NCBI GenBank assembly: GCA_006218035.1
Contig: VBWC01000003.1
Coordinates: 117,251 to 181,250 of the forward strand
DNA: 64,000 bases
Source: Gammaproteobacteria bacterium
GTDB taxonomy: Bacteria; Pseudomonadota; Gammaproteobacteria; VBWC01
Direction: 5' to 3'
Shown here one piece after another: positions 39,065 through 48,358 of this stretch. The stretch's first letter is position 1. Every line of letters begins with the position of its first letter. The translations under genes were made by a program, and so were the position numbers. The notes beneath the pieces were generated by a model. It saw nothing but the letters and a program-made list of their open reading frames with translations, made no database searches and had not been told where the DNA came from.

Positions 39065-39091
39065 TAAACAATAAAATATCCGTGCCGATAA
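39065..39091 (+). promoter_or_regulatory. sigma-28 (FliA) type promoter upstream of the MCP gene
   Basis: TAAA-N15-GCCGATAA is an exact match in the -10 box. The -10 box ends 10 nt before the ATG at 39101. Confidence 0.65.
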
Positions 39092-39100
39092 GGGCATGAC

Positions 39101-40840
39101 ATGAAGTTAGTCCTGCTCAACCCTTTTACACGAATGCACATCCGCAGCCGGTTGCTGCTGGGTTTTGGCACGCTGATCCTGATTATCTGCGGCGGCTACG
39201 CGATCAGTTCGACCAATCTTATATACCTGCAACGCGAACAGGCGAAGATTCCCGAGGCGATGCACCAGGTTGAGGTCGCAGTGGGCGATGTCCTCACGTT
39301 GCGGCACGCACAGCAACTGGTCCTTAAGTGGGGCTACCCGGTGCTCCAGGAGCGAACCACACTGGAAAAATATTTTGTTACCGACGGCGTCGCTGCGCAA
39401 CAGGGTATATATGAGGAGTTTCAGCGACTGGGTGATGAAATCGATAACATTGCCACCCAATTGAGCAGCGTCATATCGGACAAGCAAGCCGCGACAAAAA
39501 TTGCCGAGATACAGAGTCAGCAACAGAAAATTCATCTGGCTGCGATCGAGGTTATTGCCGCGTTCGATGGCGAGGGCGAATTTGGCGACGAGGCGCAGTC
39601 GCAGTTGGCAGCGTTTGTTCAGCAGATTGATGTGCTTCTGTCATTGATACTGGGCTTCGAACAATTAGTGAACGAAAAGGGCGAGCTTGCCACCGATATT
39701 CAGAGCGACCGATTTCAGGCGGTCGCCAGGAACATCGAAGGATCAAAACAGGTTATTGCAGCGTCGCAATACATCAGCCTGTTCCTTGTCCTGGTTGGGT
39801 TGGCGTTCGCCATGTCGGTCAGTGTGATGATCTACCGATCGATCGTTCTTCCTTTACGGTATTGCACGATGCTCTCGCGGCGCATCGCCGCGTTCGATCT
39901 GAGACTGGACAACAGCCGTGACGCGCCGACCGGGCCCGATGCATTGTCGCGGCTCGCGGCCGATTTGAACTCGATGCGCTCGTCATTGCGTGACCTGATT
40001 GAAAAGATCGTTGCGGCGGCCAATCACCTCAGTGTTTCGGGTGATGAGTTCCAGCGTTCCTCGGTGCGGGTTCGGGAAGTGGCTGGCAGCCAGGCGGCGA
40101 GGTCCGGCGACGCGTCGGCCGCAACAGGGCAGATGTTGGCGACGGTCCAGGAGATTGCCCGGGCAGCAGGCGAAACAGCCGAATTTTCGCATCAGGTTGA
40201 TGAGAAGGTTCGGTACAGCGCCGATGTCGAGGCCAAGGTGACACTTGAAGAGATGGAGCACGCGATTCAGGCGGTTGATGCGAACAACGAAGAGATCCGG
40301 TTTGTTTCCGGTTCGGCAAAAGAGGTTGGTGAGATCGTCGGTTTCATCAGCGGTGTTGCCGAGCAGACCAACCTCCTCGCGTTGAACGCCGCCATTGAGG
40401 CAGCCCGGGCCGGTGAGCATGGCCGCGGATTTGCGGTAGTTGCTGACGAGGTGCGTAATCTGGCGAAGCGAACGAAGGAGGCCACGGCCGAGATAAAGGA
40501 AAAGGTCGAGCGCATGCAGGCCGAGGTCCGTAAGGCCTCGACCAGAATGGACAGCAGCCGTGAGTCTGTGCGGCGCGGTTCGGTTGCGGTCAACCGGATT
40601 GTCGATCTGTTGCGGGAAATCGAGACCATGAACACCAAGTTGCGCGTGCTCAACGAGAATATTGCGGCGTCCACGGAAGAGCAAACGAATACATCGGAAG
40701 AGATCGCCAGGAGTGTCGCGGGCGTGAATACCAGCTGCGGCGACCTTACGAAACATGCGGAAGATATCCATGCTCAGGCCAAAGGTGTCTATGACATGAC
40801 GGAAACCATCAGCAAAGAAATAATGAAATTCAAGATTTAG
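39101..40840 (+). CDS. methyl-accepting chemotaxis protein
   Basis: It has two transmembrane segments flanking a ~180-aa periplasmic region, then HAMP. The highly conserved MCP signalling domain [38 protein letters not shown] is present. Confidence 0.9.
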   Translation: MKLVLLNPFTRMHIRSRLLLGFGTLILIICGGYAISSTNLIYLQREQAKIPEAMHQVEVAVGDVLTLRHAQQLVLKWGYPVLQERTTLEKYFVTDGVAAQQGIYEEFQRLGDEIDNIATQLSSVISDKQAATKIAEIQSQQQKIHLAAIEVIAAFDGEGEFGDEAQSQLAAFVQQIDVLLSLILGFEQLVNEKGELATDIQSDRFQAVARNIEGSKQVIAASQYISLFLVLVGLAFAMSVSVMIYRSIVLPLRYCTMLSRRIAAFDLRLDNSRDAPTGPDALSRLAADLNSMRSSLRDLIEKIVAAANHLSVSGDEFQRSSVRVREVAGSQAARSGDASAATGQMLATVQEIARAAGETAEFSHQVDEKVRYSADVEAKVTLEEMEHAIQAVDANNEEIRFVSGSAKEVGEIVGFISGVAEQTNLLALNAAIEAARAGEHGRGFAVVADEVRNLAKRTKEATAEIKEKVERMQAEVRKASTRMDSSRESVRRGSVAVNRIVDLLREIETMNTKLRVLNENIAASTEEQTNTSEEIARSVAGVNTSCGDLTKHAEDIHAQAKGVYDMTETISKEIMKFKI

Positions 40841-40938
40841 CGGGAGTATAGTTGTATCTGTAAACGGCTGGTTCACGGTGATCCCGGCCGGCGCAGAAAA
40901 AAAGAACGTGACAGTCATGGACGGGAGGGGACAGTGCC

Positions 40939-42063
40939 ATGAAGTTGAGAAATTATCTGGCGGCGGGTGTGGCAACGGGCTTCGGTGTCTTGTTCGTCAA
41001 CGGAGCGGCGTGTGCGGATGACGCGTTGGAACAACGCGTTCGTAAACTCGAAACCGAACTGCAACTTTCCAGAGAGGAGATTCAGCAGTCAAGGCAGCAA
41101 CAAGACGTTGATGTATCCGGTTACGTTGATTTTGAATATTCGGGATATTCGGAGACGCCGGGTAAAGAAAGCGCGTTTCGCCTGCATCACCTGTCACTGT
41201 TCTTTACCAAGCAACTTGCCGAAAAGTGGCGCTTCTTCTCCGAGATAGAATATGAAGATGGGTCGAACTTCGAAGGTCCGGAGACAGCGGGCGTTCTTAA
41301 ATCCGATGATGGCAAGATATTCGTCGAGGCGGTCAATACGGATTTCCTGTACGATTCGCGCGCCAATCTTCGCGTTGGCCGGTTTTTTACACCGGCTGGT
41401 ATCTGGTCGATAGATCACTATCCGCCGTTTGTGCCAACCCAGGTGCGGCCGCAGCATATCCGCAAGATATTTCCTCAGTTGGTGGATGGTTTGATGGTGT
41501 ACGGGACGTTACCGGCAGGTGATTCATTTGTTAACTACGACGCCTATATTGGTAACGGCGAAGGGAATAGCGGCGCGGGAGACAGCAACAGTGAGAAAGC
41601 ACTGGGTGCCAAGATTTCAGTGGTTTTCCCTGCGCTTGATCTTGAGGTCGGTGGTACGATTTACCGCGACGAGAAGGACACCGGGAATGCTAACGCCGAC
41701 AAGACGGCAGCCGGTGTTCACGCGAAGCTCTCCGCTGGAGGGTTTACCGGGCAGTTTGAATATGCCGCAGCGGATCTGACTCCGGCTGGCGGCGGCAGCG
41801 ACGATGAGGTCGAGGGATGGTATCTGCAGATCCTGTATGACCTCTCCAACTGGACGTTCGGGCTGCGCCATGATGTTTATGACAGCGACAAGGACAATCC
41901 CGTGACGCTCACCGAAGATACCGTGAACAGTGTGTTCGTCAATTATCATGTTTCGCCGACGATGGTCATCAAGCTCGAACATCATGTAACCGACGACGCA
42001 AGCGATCCGGTAAACGATCCCACCCAGACCATGGCGAGTATGGCGATATTCCTGGGTGATTGA
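40939..42063 (+). CDS. outer-membrane porin-like protein, phosphate-selective porin O/P-like
   Basis: A signal peptide (AACA) is followed by a short coiled coil and then alternating beta-strand-like segments rich in Y/G/D/N. The family assignment is by resemblance only. Confidence 0.45.
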   Translation: MKLRNYLAAGVATGFGVLFVNGAACADDALEQRVRKLETELQLSREEIQQSRQQQDVDVSGYVDFEYSGYSETPGKESAFRLHHLSLFFTKQLAEKWRFFSEIEYEDGSNFEGPETAGVLKSDDGKIFVEAVNTDFLYDSRANLRVGRFFTPAGIWSIDHYPPFVPTQVRPQHIRKIFPQLVDGLMVYGTLPAGDSFVNYDAYIGNGEGNSGAGDSNSEKALGAKISVVFPALDLEVGGTIYRDEKDTGNANADKTAAGVHAKLSAGGFTGQFEYAAADLTPAGGGSDDEVEGWYLQILYDLSNWTFGLRHDVYDSDKDNPVTLTEDTVNSVFVNYHVSPTMVIKLEHHVTDDASDPVNDPTQTMASMAIFLGD

Positions 42064-42087
42064 TCCGCTCGATAGGGGGGAATAAGC

Positions 42088-42516
42088 ATGTGGGCGACAA
42101 GAATCATGTTAATGGTGGTGGTGTCTGGGGTTGTAGCGCCAGCGCAGGCCGAGCCGGTTGCGGTGATTGTCAATTCGGAAAACACGCAAGCGCTGAGTTC
42201 CGCCGATGTACGCAATATGTACGAGGATAACGTCATCGTCTGGAGCAACGGCGACCCGGTCAGGCCGTATCATCTGTCGACAAAATCAGACGCAAGGGAG
42301 GTATTCTCCAAAAACGTGCTTGATAAATCAGCGATGGCGGCGGCGCGATTCTGGGCTAACAAGAAAATAACCAATACGGCGAAGAATCCCCCGGAAACCA
42401 GTAATGAACTGCTGGTCATCAACGAGGTGTTACGAAACCGGCAGGCGATAGGTTATGTGCCGCTTGCCATGGTTAAAAAGCAGGACGGTGTCAGGATCGT
42501 TCTGACAGTGGAGTAA
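42088..42516 (+). CDS. small periplasmic PstS/PBP-like phosphate-binding domain protein
   Basis: A signal peptide (APAQA) precedes a ~120-aa region resembling the short PBP-like phosphate-binding fragment family (VAVIVNSEN...AIGYVPLAMV). Confidence 0.4.
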   Translation: MWATRIMLMVVVSGVVAPAQAEPVAVIVNSENTQALSSADVRNMYEDNVIVWSNGDPVRPYHLSTKSDAREVFSKNVLDKSAMAAARFWANKKITNTAKNPPETSNELLVINEVLRNRQAIGYVPLAMVKKQDGVRIVLTVE

Positions 42517-42717
42517 CCGCGGGCCGACGACCGGCGATACCGGTCGGCGCGGGAGCGCCGCGCCGCTGTTTTTGCTGCGCGAACCCGCTGTAGTAACGTT
42601 GCCAGCCTCGACGTGAATTTGTCTGTGTCGTATCAACCCTCTGTCAAACTTTCGCCGTCCTGTGTTCTTGCCTCTCCAAGCCACTGATTAGGCATCCTTA
42701 TAATTGTTGCGGATCCA

Positions 42718-42733
42718 TGGCACGGCTCTTGCT
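42718..42733 (+). promoter_or_regulatory. sigma-54 type promoter upstream of fliLMNOPQR
   Basis: TGGCAC-GGCTC-TTGCT is a near-perfect consensus with GG/GC spacing of 10. It lies about 37 nt upstream of the chosen fliL GTG start. Confidence 0.7.
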
Positions 42734-42769
42734 CGATGCATGGCATCTGCAACAAAGGAAGGATTAGCC

Positions 42770-43351
42770 GTGGCGAAAGAAGAGGAAGGCAAGGACAAGG
42801 ACAGCGAAGGTGAGGGCGAAGAAGCGAAGGCCCCGCCGAAGTCGCGTAAGAAGCTGATCATCATCATCGCTGCTATCGTTCTGGTGAGCGCCATCGGTGT
42901 CGGCGTTACGTTGATGCTGCTGCCCGGTCATCCGCCAGCTGACGAGCATGCGGCTGCCGCCGGAGAAGCTGGGGCGGCCGAGGACGGCAAGCCGAAGAAG
43001 CCGCGCAAGGGCGGCGGCAAGCCGGAGAGCGCCGACGCAAACTACTACGCGTTCGACCCGCCGTTCATTGTCAATTTCCGGGATCAGGCACAAGCGCGCT
43101 TTCTGCAGGTGGAAGTGCAGGTGATGGCGCTCGATCCGGCGGTCATTGAGACCATCAAGAAACACATGCCGCGCATACGTAACGATCTGATCCTGCTGTT
43201 CAGCAGCCAGAAATACGAGACGCTGAGCACGCGCGAAGGGAAAGAGAAGATGCGCGACGAGGCCTTGTTCGAGATACGCAAGATCCTCAAGGAAGAAACC
43301 GGCAACCCCGGTGTCGAAGGGCTCTATTTCACCACGTTGATCATGCAGTAA
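42770..43351 (+). CDS. fliL: flagellar basal body-associated protein FliL
   Basis: It has a single transmembrane segment (LIIIIAAIVLVSAIGVGVTLMLL) and the FliL C-terminal domain (FIVNFRD...RFLQVEVQVM...LSTREGKEKMRDE). The GTG start after an AAGGAAGGA ribosome-binding site was chosen because the longer ORF-track start would overlap the sigma-54 promoter. Confidence 0.8.
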   Translation: MAKEEEGKDKDSEGEGEEAKAPPKSRKKLIIIIAAIVLVSAIGVGVTLMLLPGHPPADEHAAAAGEAGAAEDGKPKKPRKGGGKPESADANYYAFDPPFIVNFRDQAQARFLQVEVQVMALDPAVIETIKKHMPRIRNDLILLFSSQKYETLSTREGKEKMRDEALFEIRKILKEETGNPGVEGLYFTTLIMQ

Positions 43352-43356
43352 TCGCC

Positions 43357-44382
43357 ATGCCAGTGAACGATCTGTTATCGCAGGATGAAATCGACGCGCT
43401 GTTGAGTGGCGTTTCGTCCGGAGATGTCGAGACCGAAACCGATCAGCCGGTCGATGACGGCTCGACGAACGTCTATGACTTCACCAGTCAGGATCGTATC
43501 GTCCGCGGCCATTTGCCGACACTGGAAATGATCAACGAACGTTTCACGCGTAATTTCCAGACCAGTCTCTACAAGGTGCTGCACCGCACTGCGGAGGTCA
43601 CGGCAGCGGGCGTGCAGATGGTCAAGTACGCCGAATATATCCATGGCCTGTATGTGCCGACCAATCTGAATCTTGTCCGGATCGTGCCGTTACGCGGCAC
43701 GGCGCTGTTCATGCTGGATCCCAAGCTGGTGTTCATACTGGTTGAAACATTCTTTGGCGGATACGGCCGGTATCACACGCGGGTCGAGGGTCGCGAGTTT
43801 ACCGCGACCGAGCTGCGTATCGTGCAGATTGTGCTCGAGCGCATCTTTGCGGACTTCAGGAAGGCCTGGGAACCGGTCGCCGATATTAAATTTGAGTTCC
43901 TCAGCTCCGAGATCAACCCGAACTTCGTCAACATCGTATCGTCGACGGAAATCGTCGTCGTCAGTTCTTTCCGGATTGAATTCGAGGGTGGCGGCGGAGA
44001 CTTTCATGTGACGATGCCGTATTCCATGCTCGAACCGATCCGCGAACAGCTCGGTTCCGGCTTTCAGGGGAATCCCGGCAACGATCAGGGTTCGGATGCC
44101 CGCTGGGCGAACTCGATGCGGGACGAGATGGGCGCGGCGGAGCTGGAGCTGACCACAACGCTGGTGGAAGAAACACTGACACTGCGCGATCTCGTCAATA
44201 TGAAGCCCGGTGACGTCATACCGGTCGATCTGCCCGACTACGTCGTATCACGTATAGAAGGCGTGCCGGTATTTCGCGCGACGTACGGCGTTTCGGATGG
44301 CAACTATGCGTTAAAGGTGGTGGACAGGATCCGTCCGGCAACCGGGTCCAATCTGGCGCGAACTGAGGAGGCAATGAAATGA
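43357..44382 (+). CDS. fliM: flagellar motor switch protein FliM
   Basis: The N-terminal CheY-P binding motif LSQDEIDALL is present, followed by the FliM middle domain. Confidence 0.92.
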   Translation: MPVNDLLSQDEIDALLSGVSSGDVETETDQPVDDGSTNVYDFTSQDRIVRGHLPTLEMINERFTRNFQTSLYKVLHRTAEVTAAGVQMVKYAEYIHGLYVPTNLNLVRIVPLRGTALFMLDPKLVFILVETFFGGYGRYHTRVEGREFTATELRIVQIVLERIFADFRKAWEPVADIKFEFLSSEINPNFVNIVSSTEIVVVSSFRIEFEGGGGDFHVTMPYSMLEPIREQLGSGFQGNPGNDQGSDARWANSMRDEMGAAELELTTTLVEETLTLRDLVNMKPGDVIPVDLPDYVVSRIEGVPVFRATYGVSDGNYALKVVDRIRPATGSNLARTEEAMK

Positions 44383-44813
44383 GCGATAACGCCGACGAAG
44401 AAACCAGGAACGAAGCGGCCGATGCGGCGACGGAAGTGACTGAAGCCGAGGCGGAAGAGACCGTCGATGAGACCAGCGAACCGCCAAAGAAGACCTATCA
44501 GAAGGCCGAGTTCCAGAATCTTTCCGCAGCGAGCGGTGCGCCGCTCGGTGACAAGAACAACCTCGACCTGATTCTGGACGTCCCGGTGGTGATATCGATG
44601 GAGCTGGGTCGCACCTCGATTCCGATACGCAACCTGATGCAGTTGACGCAGGGATCGGTGGTCGAATTGAACCGGCTGGCCGGTGAACCGATGGACGTGC
44701 TCGTCAATGGCACGCTGATCGCGCACGGCGAGGTCGTCGTCGTCAACGAGAAGTTCGGTATCCGGCTCACCGATGTCGTCAGTCCGGTAGAGCGCGTCAA
44801 GAAACTCGGTTAG
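44379..44813 (+). CDS. fliN: flagellar motor switch protein FliN
   Basis: The C-terminal SpoA domain LDLILDVPVVISMELGRTSIPIRNLMQLTQGSVVELNRLAGEPMDVLVNGTLIAHGEVVVVNEKFGIRL is present. Confidence 0.92.
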   Translation: MSDNADEETRNEAADAATEVTEAEAEETVDETSEPPKKTYQKAEFQNLSAASGAPLGDKNNLDLILDVPVVISMELGRTSIPIRNLMQLTQGSVVELNRLAGEPMDVLVNGTLIAHGEVVVVNEKFGIRLTDVVSPVERVKKLG

Positions 44814-44842
44814 CCCATGGCGACCAAAGGTAAAACGATTTT

Positions 44843-45337
44843 ATGAGATCCAGGCTATCGAGCGGCGCTGTGCAAGGACCGTGGAGCGGGCTTCGTCGCC
44901 TGACGCCTGTTGCGCGGCGGGTCTTCGTATCTATCGCTGCGTTGGTGCCCCCGGCTTGGGCCGCCGGCGCCGAGACAGCGTCCACCGCCGCCAACGTCGC
45001 GCCGTTTGACACAGGTAACGTGCTGCGTATCGTCATCGGTCTGATGGTTGTCGTGATCGCGATCGTCGCCACCGCCTGGGGACTGCGGCGTTGGGGTAAT
45101 TTTCGCGCGTCCGCCCAAGGGGAACTCCAGATCATCGGCGGTTTGTCGATGGGGCCCCGCGAGCGCCTGGTGCTGGTTCGGGTGGGCGACGAGCAGCTGC
45201 TGCTCGGCGTTGCCCCGGGCCGGATACAGACACTGCACAAGCTTGAACGGCCGGTACCGGTCAACAGCGAGACAGCGCGGGGAGAAAGTTTCGCCGAGCG
45301 TATGCGCACCGCGGTAAAACAGAGGGCCGGTTTATGA
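44843..45337 (+). CDS. fliO: flagellar biosynthesis protein FliO
   Basis: It has a single transmembrane segment ([21 protein letters not shown]) and lies between fliN and fliP. The family sequence is poorly conserved. Confidence 0.65.
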   Translation: MRSRLSSGAVQGPWSGLRRLTPVARRVFVSIAALVPPAWAAGAETASTAANVAPFDTGNVLRIVIGLMVVVIAIVATAWGLRRWGNFRASAQGELQIIGGLSMGPRERLVLVRVGDEQLLLGVAPGRIQTLHKLERPVPVNSETARGESFAERMRTAVKQRAGL

Positions 45338-46074
45338 AGCGCCTGATCGTGGGTCTGGTGCTGGTATTTCTGCTTGTCCCGGACACGTTTGCGCAGCCTG
45401 GCATGACGGCGCTGTCGGTGACGACCGGTCCCGACGGTCAGCAAACCTACTCGTTGAGTATCCAGGTGCTGATCTTCATGACCCTGCTGACGCTGCTGCC
45501 CGCCGGGCTGATGATGATGACGTCGTTTACACGCATCATTATCGTGCTGGCGATATTGCGGCAGGCGTTGGGCACGCAGCAGACGCCGACCAGTCAGACA
45601 TTGATCGGCCTCGCGCTGTTCCTGAGCTTTTTCATCATGGCGCCGGTATTCGACCGCGTGTATCAGGACGCGGCCCGGCCGTATCTGAACGAGGAAATAA
45701 CCATTCAGGACGCGCTGCAGCGGGCGAGCGATCCGTTCAGGAAGTTTATGCTGGCCCAGACCCGCTCCAGTGATCTCGAACTGTTCGCCGGCATCGCCGG
45801 GCAAACGGATATCGAGTCGCCCGACGGCGTGCCGTTTTCAATGTTGGTGCCGTCGTTCGTCACCAGCGAGCTCAAGACGGCGTTTCAGATCGGCTTTCTG
45901 ATCTTCATTCCGTTCCTGGTGATCGATCTGGTCGTCGCGAGCGCGCTGATGTCGATGGGTATGATGATGTTATCGCCGCTGATCATATCGCTGCCGTTCA
46001 AGATCATGTTGTTCGTGCTCGTCGATGGCTGGGCGCTGATTATCGGCACGCTGGCGTCGAGTTTTTATGTGTAG
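45334..46074 (+). CDS. fliP: flagellar export apparatus protein FliP
   Basis: The signal peptide is followed by the FliP motifs ([43 protein letters not shown]). Confidence 0.93.
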   Translation: MKRLIVGLVLVFLLVPDTFAQPGMTALSVTTGPDGQQTYSLSIQVLIFMTLLTLLPAGLMMMTSFTRIIIVLAILRQALGTQQTPTSQTLIGLALFLSFFIMAPVFDRVYQDAARPYLNEEITIQDALQRASDPFRKFMLAQTRSSDLELFAGIAGQTDIESPDGVPFSMLVPSFVTSELKTAFQIGFLIFIPFLVIDLVVASALMSMGMMMLSPLIISLPFKIMLFVLVDGWALIIGTLASSFYV

Positions 46075-46122
46075 GACGGGCCGCTCGGCGGGTCGCGGAT
46101 GCCAACCGGGAGTGACCGGCTG

Positions 46123-46392
46123 ATGACGCCGGAAACCGTGCTGACCGTTGGCCAGGAGGCGCTGTATCTCACGCTGGTGCTGTGTTCAATCATTCTGTTG
46201 CCCGCGCTGGCGGTCGGTCTGATCGTCAGCATGTTTCAGGCGGCGACGCAGATCAACGAGATGACGTTGAGTTTCATCCCGAAACTGATGGTCATATTCC
46301 TGGTGCTGATCGTTGCCGGCCCGATGATTCTGGGCATGATCGTTAACTACACGCGGCGGCTGATCGAAAGCATTCCCGGGATGATCGGCTGA
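46123..46392 (+). CDS. fliQ: flagellar export apparatus protein FliQ
   Basis: It is an 89-aa two-transmembrane protein (MTPETVLTVGQEALYLTLVL...). The start was trimmed to the ATG at 46123. Confidence 0.88.
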   Translation: MTPETVLTVGQEALYLTLVLCSIILLPALAVGLIVSMFQAATQINEMTLSFIPKLMVIFLVLIVAGPMILGMIVNYTRRLIESIPGMIG

Positions 46393-46406
46393 CCGGGTAT
46401 TCCGCC

Positions 46407-47180
46407 ATGGTGCTGACTCTCGAACAAATCACGGGCTGGATCGGGGCCTTCCTGTGGCCGTTCTTCCGCATCGCCGCGCTGTTCAGCGTCGCGCCGGTCT
46501 TCAGCGCGCTTACCGTGCCGGTGAAAACCCGCCTTGGCCTGGCGATTGTGGTGACGCTCGCGGTAGCGCCGATGTTACCGCCGGCCCCGGCCGTCGGTCC
46601 GTTAAGCAGCGACGGCATACTGATCGTTGTACACCAGATTTTGATCGGGCTGGCGATGGGATTCGCGCTGCGCCTGGTGTTTGATGCGCTGGCCAACGGC
46701 GGCCAGATCATCGGCATGTCGATGGGCCTCGGCTTCGCCTCGATGAACGATCCGCAGCACGGGGTGTCGGTGCCGGTACTGAGTCACTTTTTCACGCTGT
46801 TCGCAACGCTGCTGTTTCTTTCGCTGGACGGACACCTGGTGCTGCTCGGCGTGCTGGTCAACAGCTTCGATACGTTGCCGGTGTCCGCTACCGGGATCAC
46901 ACTGGCGAGTCTCTGGGACCTGGTGCTCTGGGGCGGGTGGCTGTTTTCGGGGGCAGTGCTGATCGCATTGCCGGCGACCGCGGCGATGCTGGTGGTTCAT
47001 ATCGCGTTTGGCGTGATGTCACGCGCGTCGCCACAGCTGAATATTTTCGTGATCGGGTTTCCCATCACCCTGCTGGTGGGATTCGTTGTGATAGCAATCT
47101 CGCTACCGAGCTTGCTGCCGCAGTTGACCGCCTTGCTGGACAATGCGTTTGGTCTGGCGCGTCATATCGGTGGAGGCTAG
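46407..47180 (+). CDS. fliR: flagellar export apparatus protein FliR
   Basis: It is a 257-aa polytopic membrane protein with the FliR family pattern. Confidence 0.9.
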   Translation: MVLTLEQITGWIGAFLWPFFRIAALFSVAPVFSALTVPVKTRLGLAIVVTLAVAPMLPPAPAVGPLSSDGILIVVHQILIGLAMGFALRLVFDALANGGQIIGMSMGLGFASMNDPQHGVSVPVLSHFFTLFATLLFLSLDGHLVLLGVLVNSFDTLPVSATGITLASLWDLVLWGGWLFSGAVLIALPATAAMLVVHIAFGVMSRASPQLNIFVIGFPITLLVGFVVIAISLPSLLPQLTALLDNAFGLARHIGGG

Positions 47181-47186
47181 CGAGCC

Positions 47187-48314
47187 GTGGCCGAGAATCC
47201 CGCCCAGGAAAAGACCGAAGAACCCACGGCTAAACGCGTCAAGGAATCGCGTGACAAGGGCCAGATTGCGCGATCGCGCGATCTGAACACGATGACGGTT
47301 CTAGTGGTGGCGGCAGGAGGCTTCTTTTTGCTGGGCGCCGGCATGATCGACGGCTTGCTGGCGATCATGCGCGATCACTTCGTGCTTGCCCGCAGCGAGG
47401 TTTTCGATGAAAGCGCGATGCTCAGCGGCACCTATCGGGCGATAGCGGACGGTATTCTGGCACTGGTGCCATTTCTGTTATTGATGCTGTTCGCGGCGCT
47501 GGTTGCGCCGCTCGCGCTCGGCGGCTGGTCGTTCAGTGTGCAATCGCTGGCCTTCAAATCGGAAAAGCTCAATCCCATCGAGGGCATGAAGAAGATATTC
47601 TCGGTCCGCGGACTCGTCGAGATGCTCAAGGCACTGGCCAAGTTCGCGTTGCTGTCCGGGGCGCTGGTGCTGATGTTGTGGCATGAGGCCGGCGACTTTC
47701 TGAAGCTTGGCAGTATGTCCGTGGAAGCGGGAATCAGCAGCATCGGTAATCTGCTCGCCTGGTCGTTGCTGTTGTTGAGCGCGACGCTGATCTTCGTTGT
47801 GGCGATCGACGTGCCTTTTCAGCTATGGGATCACGCCAAGCAGATGCGCATGACGCGCCAGGAAATCAAGGACGAACACAAGGAAACGGAAGGCAGTCCC
47901 GAGGTGCGGGGCCGGGTGCGAACGTTGCAACGGGAAATCGCACGCCGGCGCATGATGGCCGAGGTACCGAGGGCCGATGTGGTGGTGACCAACCCGAGTC
48001 ACTATGCCGTGGCCTTGCGTTACGACCAGAAGACGATGCGCGCGCCGGTCGTGGTCGCCTCGGGCGGCGATTTGATTGCCGCGCAGATCCGCCATGTCGC
48101 GATTCAGTACAACATACCCATCCTGTCGGCGCCGCCGTTGGCGCGCGCGCTGTTCTTCAGCACCGAGATCAATCACCCGATTCCGACCGGACTCTACCTG
48201 GCCGTGGCGCAGGTGCTGGCCTACGTATTCCAGCTGCGCGCCAGGCCGCGCCGAAACCGGCGGCCGGTGGTGATGGATGACCTGCCGATACCCGACGATT
48301 TGCGGCACGATTGA
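47187..48314 (+). CDS. flhB: flagellar export switch protein FlhB
   Basis: It starts at a GTG codon, has four transmembrane segments, and carries the C-terminal autocleavage motif NPSHY (an NPTH variant) in VVVTNPSHYAVAL. Confidence 0.92.
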   Translation: MAENPAQEKTEEPTAKRVKESRDKGQIARSRDLNTMTVLVVAAGGFFLLGAGMIDGLLAIMRDHFVLARSEVFDESAMLSGTYRAIADGILALVPFLLLMLFAALVAPLALGGWSFSVQSLAFKSEKLNPIEGMKKIFSVRGLVEMLKALAKFALLSGALVLMLWHEAGDFLKLGSMSVEAGISSIGNLLAWSLLLLSATLIFVVAIDVPFQLWDHAKQMRMTRQEIKDEHKETEGSPEVRGRVRTLQREIARRRMMAEVPRADVVVTNPSHYAVALRYDQKTMRAPVVVASGGDLIAAQIRHVAIQYNIPILSAPPLARALFFSTEINHPIPTGLYLAVAQVLAYVFQLRARPRRNRRPVVMDDLPIPDDLRHD

Positions 48315-48358
48315 CGCGTTACAACGCACCGATACGGAACCATGCAAGAGGAACGATC

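Noticed and set aside
42704-42769. Longer fliL start (MLRIHGTALARCMAS...) from the ORF track
   Set aside because: It would place the coding sequence across the near-consensus sigma-54 promoter at 42718-42733 and the following ribosome-binding site. The GTG at 42770 was preferred.
48270-48290. Possible sigma-54 element GCGGCAC-N5-ACGC inside the flhB 3' end upstream of flhA
   Set aside because: The -12 box does not match TTGC. It was not reported as a feature.
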